Shown piece after piece: positions 57,048 through 64,000 of a stretch of DNA of 64,000 nucleotides (positions within the stretch are counted from its first letter, which is position 1; each line of letters begins with the position of its first letter). The notes beneath the pieces were generated by a model. That model was not told where the DNA came from, searched no databases, and saw only the letters and a program-made list of their open reading frames with translations. Made by a program: the position numbers and the translations under genes. The stretch comes from Auanema rhodensis. Lineage: Eukaryota; Animalia; Nematoda. The stretch is from NCBI GenBank assembly GCA_964057225.1, contig OZ059895.1:21514001-21578000 (forward strand). The letters run 5' to 3'.

Positions 57048-57982
57048 GACTATCGACTGAAGCACCCTTGTTACAGGAGTGCACAACCATCCGTAGAAAT
57101 GTTAGCGTTACCCGAATGGAACCTGGGACAGTGCATGTTCACAGTACGACGAGTTAATAACCTATGATATTACCCTGTTGTTTCCCGGAGGTCTTTCTAC
57201 TTCAAGTTACCAGCTTACTGTTCTTACCCAGATGTTCGCCACATCCATTCAGCTGATTCAGAATTATCTACTATAAGAGTAAACTCAAATAGAATAGTCT
57301 CGCAAAGACACATCCACCGATCTTCCTGGTGGAGATTCATCGAAGTTAATTTTTCCCGAAGGAACTTAAATGGGCTTTAATTACTCTATCAGTTCCTAAT
57401 ACAGCACTACGTTGGATTCTCTCCAAGAGGTAGATAGTTTCATCATGACTTATAGTAGGAAGTCTTTTCAAGTGCTCAAGAGAGCTCTCAGTTACTTCAC
57501 CACCACACCCTACCACAACAGGTACCACATGCACAGTTGAACCATACATGTTCTGTAACTCCCGAGCCAAAGATAACCCTGGAGGATACGGTAGCACATG
57601 TGTGTCAGATAAGCACGAATTTACCGCGTATTTATTATACTTACGACTGATGTTTTCATCTATCCTGGTAATCCAAGATATGCCAATCTCAATAATATAT
57701 ATTGCTTTCCTCGAAGAATCATGGTAAACAATATCTGGTCTATAATGATCCAGCTTATTTGGGGTATCGAAGTACCTGTCCCACCATATCGTCTTGTCAC
57801 CGTTCGTTTGTACTACCGGAACTTTCTGAGTATGATGTATCGTTTGGAAACCAAACTTTTTACAGAGCCAATAATAGATATTTCGAGCCGCGCTATTATG
57901 TCTGTCTAACATTAAGGTTGGGCGAAATTGCGGACAGCATGAAACAACATGTTCCGGAGTTTCTCTAGGAGCAGAACAAAGT
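57048..57982 (-). mobile_element. 5'-truncated inverted copy (935 bp) of the same retrotransposon, equivalent to 62005-62939
   Basis: Reverse complement of 62005-62939; mirror coordinates sum to 119987 (e.g. stop codons at 57346 and 62641). The match ends at ...CAGAACAAAGT (57982), inside the codons for the CRLC motif. Confidence 0.98.
57346..57982 (-). pseudogene. C-terminal fragment of the retrotransposon ORF (partial knuckle + endonuclease domain; 188-aa ORF from internal Met at 57912)
   Basis: The 188-aa translation is identical to the last 188 aa of the 1270-aa ORF. It lacks RT and the N-terminus. Confidence 0.9.
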
Positions 57983-58003
57983 TTTTTTTTTCAAACAAAT
58001 TCC

Positions 58004-58074
58004 GGGAACTCACAGTCTTGACCTTCACGTGGTGGTTCCCGAGGATTACACTTTGTGTAAGAGCTAACGAAGGC
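58004..58074 (+). ncRNA. HDV-like self-cleaving ribozyme at the element 5' end; predicted cleavage between 58003 and 58004
   Basis: P1 GGGAACT(58004-10)/GGTTCCC(58034-40). P2 GTCTTG(58015-20)/C[G]AAGGC(58068-74, one bulge). P3 ACC(58021-23)/GGT(58031-33). L3 TTCACGT. P1.1 TC/GA(58041-42). P4 TTACAC-TTT-GTGTAA. J4/2 GCTAA with catalytic C58064. The order of elements matches the HDV double pseudoknot. Confidence 0.88.
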
Positions 58075-58828
58075 AACAAACGTGTTTCACGTATGTCGTA
58101 GGGCTTGCTGGTGTCAGTAACCCCTGCTAGTTAAGAATTATGGCAGCATTCCGATTCGGTATCCGTTAGTTTTTAAAAGTTTCGAAAACTTATAGTAGGA
58201 ATGTTTGGAATTGGACGGTGAAGGTGTTCACGGAGAGATGTTCGATATTCTAAAGATTATATAAATTGTCATTTGGCAGCGAAACCACTGATGATAAATA
58301 TACGAACAGAGATAGACATTAACGCCTTTGTCTGGAATAAGAGGTTTTAGCCCTCTGACCGGGGAATTGCAATTTAATAGAAATTGAAGTTGTCACTGTT
58401 TACACAGCGGCAGAGCACCTCTTGATGATATATGTGGTAAGAGGAATTGGAGCAAATCAATGTGATCTACTAGGTTCAGTTTGTGGATTTGATATTTCTT
58501 CGACTTTTAAAAATTTTGATTCAACACGCTCAGCCACTTTGTGGTTTGCCTCTGAGACCATAAGAGGTTCTCTCTTATTGGTAATCTAGTTGAATCTCTT
58601 CCAGCTTGATTGATGAGTTACAAAAGTGTCCCAAAAAAGTAACAGTCAATAGGGACATGCTTTAGGTCAAAGCTGCGGGAGCGTAGGGCACGTTCCCAGG
58701 GTCGAATTCTATTTAGAATATCCCCTACGTCCCGGTCAAAGGATCGAATGGTGAGAGCCTATAGGGAGGCTGTACGTGGTTTCATTAAAGGTTAGAGCTG
58801 CCTTGTCACCACGGGAATATAAACGCTT

Positions 58829-61800
58829 ATGAAGAGATATTCCTCTAGACCTGTAGCCGCTCAGGAAAAAAGCGGGGTCCGACTACCTAATGTCGATGCC
58901 GTCACACCGCAGTTGCCTGATGGAAATGAAAGCCCCGTTGAGGGTGAAGTTTCAATAACTGTGGGTAGGGAACTTGCTGGTCAAGTTCGAGACACGAGGT
59001 GGAGCACGCAGGAAGATATTGTTCTCTGGAGTCTAACTGAGACATATCGCTCAAGGGACGTCAAAGTTTCTTGGATAACTGTGAGTGAAGCCTGGAATGT
59101 CGAAGTTAATAGCGATGGTGTGAAAAAACGCACCAAGGGGGCTTTGTCCTCTCGGTACTCTTCGTTAAAGAAGATTGGAGGTCCTGTTTCCATGCCTTCG
59201 GGTTGTACCGTTGCAAGGGGTGAACCATCATGTGTTGATGAAAGTAGTGAAAGTAGTCCGGAGATTAGTATACTCACTCCGGACGCCAATAATATTCGGG
59301 AGGCTATGTGTCTTAGTACCTTACCCTCCTTAGGTTCTATAACTTTAGTTGGAGACGACCTTGACACAATTGAACATTCAATTGAGCCTGAAGTTGAGGT
59401 TGAATCTGGCTTATTAGATAATGATATTGTTGTGAACGCAGATTGCGAACGAATATGTGAAGAGGTGAGAGAAGGAGGGAGAGAAGAGAGAGAGAATAGG
59501 GGCAGCGAGGGAAATGACTCGTGCGATATTGAACAAGAAAGAGAATTCCGCAAGGTTTTTAATGACATTATGGTTCGAAATCGCTGCAAGTATACGAGAA
59601 AAATCCCTAGTAAGGTGAATCGAAAAATTCCCGATAGACTTATGCATTTAGCGAATGAGGTTGTGCTACACGCTGTAAACATGCTGAAAAGTTTCGAAGC
59701 TGTAAACTGTGCTGTGTATGCTGCATCTGTAGCGGTCACGACGGTGATAAAGTCTGAGTGCTTGGAGGCGGAAATTACTCGTGAATGGTTTGAAAAGAAT
59801 GAAGAGAAGCAAAAAGTGATCCGTCAAGAGCTTGGTTGGATAGCCCAGGAATTACGGCGACGTGATCTAAAAGTGAATCCTACAAGGCGACAAGTGGTGA
59901 TTTTGCGTTTCTTAAAAAAGGTTGGAAAACCTACGGAATCAAACCTGCAACGTAGATATGAATGTCTAGTGGAGAGATTAAATAATCTTAAAACGATGAA
60001 GGACGCACGATCTGCGGAAATAAAAAGGCGCAAACTTCGGAAACTTGGTGCTAAGCGAGTCGTTGAAGATGAACCTGAATTGTCTGCAAACCCTGATGCC
60101 AATGCTACACTGCAGTATTGGAAGAACATTGTTGGAGTTGAGAGAAAGTTTAAAGCATTGCCCATTCTCAGACAATGGGGTGAGCATGCGAAAAATGTCA
60201 CGAGTAACTCCTCCTCAGTGTGTGTTTGGACAGAAAGTTGGAGAGAGGTGATGAGTAAGACCAAACCTTGGAAAGCGCCAGGGCCTGATGGAATACGAGC
60301 TTTTTGGTGGAAGGCTTTGCCGGCTGCTAATCAGTTTCTTTCTACATGGACTTGTAAAATGCTGGAAGGATTGGAAATATTTCCAGAATGGGTAGCCCGC
60401 GGGAGAATTGTGATGATTCCCAAAGGCAATGGCGCCTCAGATCCTAAGGATCAAAGGCCGATAGCGTGCTTGAATATAGCCGCCAAGTGTCTAACTGCAA
60501 TGTTAGCTAAAAAGATTAAGCCAGCCCTTGACTTGGTTATTCCTAGTGAACAAAGAGCTTTAAAAGAAAAAGAATGGGGTGTAACCCATGCGAGAGTACT
60601 TGACGCCACTGTGTTAGCTGATTTTCGCTTTGGAAAAAGTGGAAAGCAACTACACTGTGCGTGGATAGATTATTCGAAAGCCTTTGATTCGGTGCCCCAT
60701 GGTTACATCATATGGCTTTTAGCCAAATGTGGGATTTGCGCCAACTACAGGAATCTCTATAGTAAATCTCTGAGAGCTCTTACTTATCAGTATGAAGTGA
60801 GAGGGAAGTTCGTGAGTGTTAAGAGTGGACCATTAAAGGTTAAATGTGGGATTCCACAGGGTGATACGTTGTCTCCACTATTGTTTTGTCTAGCTGTTTC
60901 ACCAATATCATATCTATTAAGAAACGAAAGCGGTTACCGTGTAAGTCACGGCGCGAGCAGTAAGGGGCCTGCTAAATTAAGTATATCACACATATATTAT
61001 GTTGATGACTTAAAACTTTATGCTTCTTCGCGAAGTATATTGTTTAAAAACATAAGGTCTGTGCGGAAACTCTCTAAAGCTATTAATTTAGATCTTAATC
61101 CCAAAAAATGTGCTACCATACATTTGGGAACTCAGTCAGGATTGGGCTGTGACGAAATCCCGATCTTATCTAGTGCGTATAAATACTTAGGGATTGAACA
61201 AGCTAGTGTAGATTGTGCGGACAAAGCTTTAGAGAGAGTAGAGAGAACGTTGCTGGGTCGATTGGAGAAACTGTGGGAAAGTGAGCTTACTCATCATGAG
61301 AAAGTTCATTACTATAATACTGCGATAATTCCCGCCTTCACATTTGTCGTTCAGAATATGTTCGTCAATGAGGGCCAAAGATCGAAGACTGAGTCCATTC
61401 TCAAGTGGAGCAGGGAGACTGACATGAAAGTGCGTACGGTTTTAGTGAAGACTAAAGCTCGTTATCGTACTTGTAATGCTGGTCGTTTGTACCTACCCCC
61501 TGAAGATTTGGGTCTTGGTTTGAAATCACTCGAGGAGATGGTGGAAAATGCCTTTATATATGCTTATGCGTATGTCGCCACTACCCCCTCACTGCAGTTT
61601 TCCTATAGTCTATTCGAGAGACACAGCAAGCGTGGCAAAAAGACCATTGTTTCAGCTTTCAATAAAGTTATAGATCGTTATGTGATAACAGTTGAAAGAC
61701 ACTGTGAAAGAGCGATACCATCACTTATTATTAATGGGAACACGTTCGAAGGTCCCAGGGATGCGGCTCGAGCCATGATATCAGTACTGTGTGATCAAAG

Positions 61801-62641
61801 GAGAACGCAGAGGCTTGAAAACTGGTTAAGTAAAAGCGCAGCATCGATGGTATATGGCGTAGCAAATATTAATATTAGTATGTCAGGTTTATGGTTAGAA
61901 AAAGGATTGGTAAATAGCAAGACGGTGCGTAACATACTTGCTTTGCAGGAGTTCCAGCTCATTACTCGGTCCCATGTGGCGTCCGGTACTTGTGCGGGAT
62001 GTAGACTTTGTTCTGCTCCTAGAGAAACTCCGGAACATGTTGTTTCATGCTGTCCGCAATTTCGCCCAACCTTAATGTTAGACAGACATAATAGCGCGGC
62101 TCGAAATATCTATTATTGGCTCTGTAAAAAGTTTGGTTTCCAAACGATACATCATACTCAGAAAGTTCCGGTAGTACAAACGAACGGTGACAAGACGATA
62201 TGGTGGGACAGGTACTTCGATACCCCAAATAAGCTGGATCATTATAGACCAGATATTGTTTACCATGATTCTTCGAGGAAAGCAATATATATTATTGAGA
62301 TTGGCATATCTTGGATTACCAGGATAGATGAAAACATCAGTCGTAAGTATAATAAATACGCGGTAAATTCGTGCTTATCTGACACACATGTGCTACCGTA
62401 TCCTCCAGGGTTATCTTTGGCTCGGGAGTTACAGAACATGTATGGTTCAACTGTGCATGTGGTACCTGTTGTGGTAGGGTGTGGTGGTGAAGTAACTGAG
62501 AGCTCTCTTGAGCACTTGAAAAGACTTCCTACTATAAGTCATGATGAAACTATCTACCTCTTGGAGAGAATCCAACGTAGTGCTGTATTAGGAACTGATA
62601 GAGTAATTAAAGCCCATTTAAGTTCCTTCGGGAAAAATTAA
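58829..62641 (+). CDS. 1270-aa retrotransposon protein: Myb/SANT-like domain, reverse transcriptase, CCHC zinc knuckle, PD-(D/E)xK-type restriction-like endonuclease
   Basis: RT motifs KAPGPDGI (60272), RPIACLN, WIDYSKAFDSVPH, GIPQGDTLSPLLF, HIYYVDDLKLYA (YVDD at 60998-61009), YKYLGI, RLYLPPEDLGLGL. Knuckle CRLCSAPRETPEHVVSCC (62000-62053), then RHN. Endonuclease RPDIVYHD...IYIIEIGI...RKYNKY (from 62246). No internal stops. Confidence 0.97.
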   Translation: MKRYSSRPVAAQEKSGVRLPNVDAVTPQLPDGNESPVEGEVSITVGRELAGQVRDTRWSTQEDIVLWSLTETYRSRDVKVSWITVSEAWNVEVNSDGVKKRTKGALSSRYSSLKKIGGPVSMPSGCTVARGEPSCVDESSESSPEISILTPDANNIREAMCLSTLPSLGSITLVGDDLDTIEHSIEPEVEVESGLLDNDIVVNADCERICEEVREGGREERENRGSEGNDSCDIEQEREFRKVFNDIMVRNRCKYTRKIPSKVNRKIPDRLMHLANEVVLHAVNMLKSFEAVNCAVYAASVAVTTVIKSECLEAEITREWFEKNEEKQKVIRQELGWIAQELRRRDLKVNPTRRQVVILRFLKKVGKPTESNLQRRYECLVERLNNLKTMKDARSAEIKRRKLRKLGAKRVVEDEPELSANPDANATLQYWKNIVGVERKFKALPILRQWGEHAKNVTSNSSSVCVWTESWREVMSKTKPWKAPGPDGIRAFWWKALPAANQFLSTWTCKMLEGLEIFPEWVARGRIVMIPKGNGASDPKDQRPIACLNIAAKCLTAMLAKKIKPALDLVIPSEQRALKEKEWGVTHARVLDATVLADFRFGKSGKQLHCAWIDYSKAFDSVPHGYIIWLLAKCGICANYRNLYSKSLRALTYQYEVRGKFVSVKSGPLKVKCGIPQGDTLSPLLFCLAVSPISYLLRNESGYRVSHGASSKGPAKLSISHIYYVDDLKLYASSRSILFKNIRSVRKLSKAINLDLNPKKCATIHLGTQSGLGCDEIPILSSAYKYLGIEQASVDCADKALERVERTLLGRLEKLWESELTHHEKVHYYNTAIIPAFTFVVQNMFVNEGQRSKTESILKWSRETDMKVRTVLVKTKARYRTCNAGRLYLPPEDLGLGLKSLEEMVENAFIYAYAYVATTPSLQFSYSLFERHSKRGKKTIVSAFNKVIDRYVITVERHCERAIPSLIINGNTFEGPRDAARAMISVLCDQRRTQRLENWLSKSAASMVYGVANINISMSGLWLEKGLVNSKTVRNILALQEFQLITRSHVASGTCAGCRLCSAPRETPEHVVSCCPQFRPTLMLDRHNSAARNIYYWLCKKFGFQTIHHTQKVPVVQTNGDKTIWWDRYFDTPNKLDHYRPDIVYHDSSRKAIYIIEIGISWITRIDENISRKYNKYAVNSCLSDTHVLPYPPGLSLARELQNMYGSTVHVVPVVVGCGGEVTESSLEHLKRLPTISHDETIYLLERIQRSAVLGTDRVIKAHLSSFGKN
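58997..59173 (+). other. Putative N-terminal Myb/SANT-like DNA-binding domain (aa ~57-115)
   Basis: RWSTQEDIVLWSL...VSWITVSEAWN...KRTKGALSSRYSSLKK matches the Myb repeat pattern W-(S/T)-x-x-E-D-x-x-L ... W ... R-T ... R-(W/Y). Confidence 0.7.
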
Positions 62642-62939
62642 CTTCGATGAATCTCCACCAGGAAGATCGGTGGATGTGTCTTTGCGAGACTATTCTATTT
62701 GAGTTTACTCTTATAGTAGATAATTCTGAATCAGCTGAATGGATGTGGCGAACATCTGGGTAAGAACAGTAAGCTGGTAACTTGAAGTAGAAAGACCTCC
62801 GGGAAACAACAGGGTAATATCATAGGTTATTAACTCGTCGTACTGTGAACATGCACTGTCCCAGGTTCCATTCGGGTAACGCTAACATTTCTACGGATGG
62901 TTGTGCACTCCTGTAACAAGGGTGCTTCAGTCGATAGTC
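62642..62939 (+). other. Element 3' UTR with several stem-loops and no poly(A) or simple-repeat tail
   Basis: Lies between the stop codon and the satellite junction. Hairpins: TCCACC..GGTGGA, GATGT-GGCGA-ACATC, GCACTC..GGGTGC. Ends ...CTTCAGTCGATAGTC|AGAAACG. Confidence 0.75.
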
Positions 62940-64000
62940 AGAAACGCTTTATAGAAAAATTAGTTATGATCGTTTGAAAAATGATGCATTAGTGTATGTT
63001 GAGTTTCCATGTACACTCAACATTGCTTCCAAAAACATTTTGACAAAAATTTTTTCGAGAAATTTCAAAATAATCTAGCAAAAGTAGATGTTTTTAGATT
63101 CCTTTTTTCAAGGCAAAGACGATGGACAATGTTATTCAACGAAAAAATCAATTCCTCAGGGTGAAAATCGAGGATATAAGTGTGAACTTATATCAGTTGA
63201 TATCTCGGTGCATTTTTAAGCTAGCGCAAATCTGATAACACAGATCGACGCAGCTTAAAAATCCGCATCGAATGCACTATACTACATTGAGAAACGCTTT
63301 ATAGAAAAATTAGTTATGATCGTTTGAAAAATGATGCATTAGTGTATGTTGAGTTTCCATGTACACTCAACATTGCTTCCAAAAACATTTTGACAAAAAT
63401 TTTTTCGAGAAATTTCAAAATAATCTAGCAAAAGTAGATGTTTTTAGATTCATTTTTCCAAGGCAAAGACGATGGACAATGTTATTCAACGAAAAAATCT
63501 ATTCTTCAGGGTGAAAATCGAGGATATAAGTGTGAACTTATATCAGTTGATATCTCGGTGCATTTTTAAGCTAGCGCAAATCTGATAACACAGATCGACG
63601 CAGCTTAAAAATCCGCATCGAATGCACTATACTACATTGAGAAACGCTTTATAGAAAAATTAGTTATGATCGTTTGAAAAATGATGCATTAGTGTATGTT
63701 GAGTTTCCATGTACACTCAACATTGCTTCCAAAAACATTTTGACAAAAATTTTTTCGAGAAATTTCAAAATAATCTAGCAAAAGTAGATGTTTTTAGATT
63801 CCTTTTTTCAAGGCAAAGACGATGGACAATGTTATTCAACGAAAAAATCAATTCCTCAGGGTGAAAATCGAGGATATAAGTGTGAACTTATATCAGTTGA
63901 TATCTCGGTGCATTTTTAAGCTAGCGCAAATCTGATAACACAGATCGACGCAGCTTAAAAATCCGCATCGAATGCACTATACTACATTGAGAAACGCTTT
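62940..64000 (-). repeat. Same 350-bp satellite in inverted orientation (about 3 monomers, runs off window end)
   Basis: AGAAACGCTTTATAGAAAAATTAGTTATGATCG... at 62940 is the reverse complement of the monomer from position 269 backwards, and it repeats every 350 bp (62940, 63290, 63640). Confidence 0.99.

Larger units (their letters stand above)
58004..62939 (+). mobile_element. Apparently full-length non-LTR retrotransposon of the restriction-like-endonuclease (RLE) group, most similar to R4/Dong type; about 825-bp 5' UTR and 298-bp 3' UTR
   Basis: Single long ORF with RT, CCHC and RLE motifs. An HDV-like ribozyme marks the 5' end; the true 5' boundary could be up to 21 bp further left (57983). 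The 3' end abuts satellite at 62939/62940. The clade call rests on motif recognition only. Confidence 0.93.
55987..64000. repeat. Large inverted duplication: arms 55987-57982 and 62005-64000 (at least 1996 bp, extends past window end), spacer 57983-62004 (4022 bp)
   Basis: Each arm comprises 935 bp of element plus flanking satellite. Rare satellite SNPs at 56487, 56529 and 56535 are mirrored at 63500, 63458 and 63452. Confidence 0.95.

Noticed and set aside
58075-58135. Possible second HDV-like ribozyme (TTCACGT, hairpin, GCTAG)
   Set aside because: No convincing P1, P1.1 or P3 pairing; only the hairpin is supported.
58280-58310. Hammerhead-like words CGAAAC and CTGATGA
   Set aside because: Too close together in this order, and stems I-III cannot be formed.
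57702-62285. Short overlapping or antisense ORFs (62-252 aa) within the element copies
   Set aside because: Shadow frames of the main ORF with no motifs. The duplicates simply mirror the inverted copy.
57048-62939. DNA transposon, DIRS or Penelope-like element with 935-bp terminal inverted repeats
   Set aside because: No transposase, tyrosine recombinase or GIY-YIG domain is present. The inversion continues into the flanking satellite, so it is not an element terminus.
57030-62960. Target-site duplication
   Set aside because: The flanks are inverted copies, not direct repeats, and the upstream target half is missing.

Overview
Eukaryotic satellite DNA with one retroelement locus. Positions 1-57047 are an uninterrupted, very homogeneous AT-rich tandem array of a 350/351-bp monomer: 162 full copies plus a 269-bp partial copy, with local higher-order duplications. 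The array stops at monomer position 269. Next comes an inverted 935-bp 3' fragment of a non-LTR retrotransposon (57048-57982, minus strand), joined head-to-head via a short T-rich linker to an apparently intact, full-length copy of the same element (about 58004-62939, plus strand). The full copy starts with a well-formed HDV-like self-cleaving ribozyme (58004-58074). It encodes one 1270-aa ORF with a Myb-like domain, reverse transcriptase, CCHC knuckle and restriction-like endonuclease, and its motifs fit the R4/Dong type. From 62940 the satellite resumes in the opposite orientation as a mirror image of the left flank, including rare SNPs. The element therefore sits at the centre of a large inverted duplication (arms of at least 1996 bp, 4022-bp spacer) that flips the orientation of the satellite array. 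It has two identical 3' junctions, no normal 5' junction and no target-site duplication. The organism cannot be determined from the sequence, and an assembly fold-back artefact cannot be excluded without reads.
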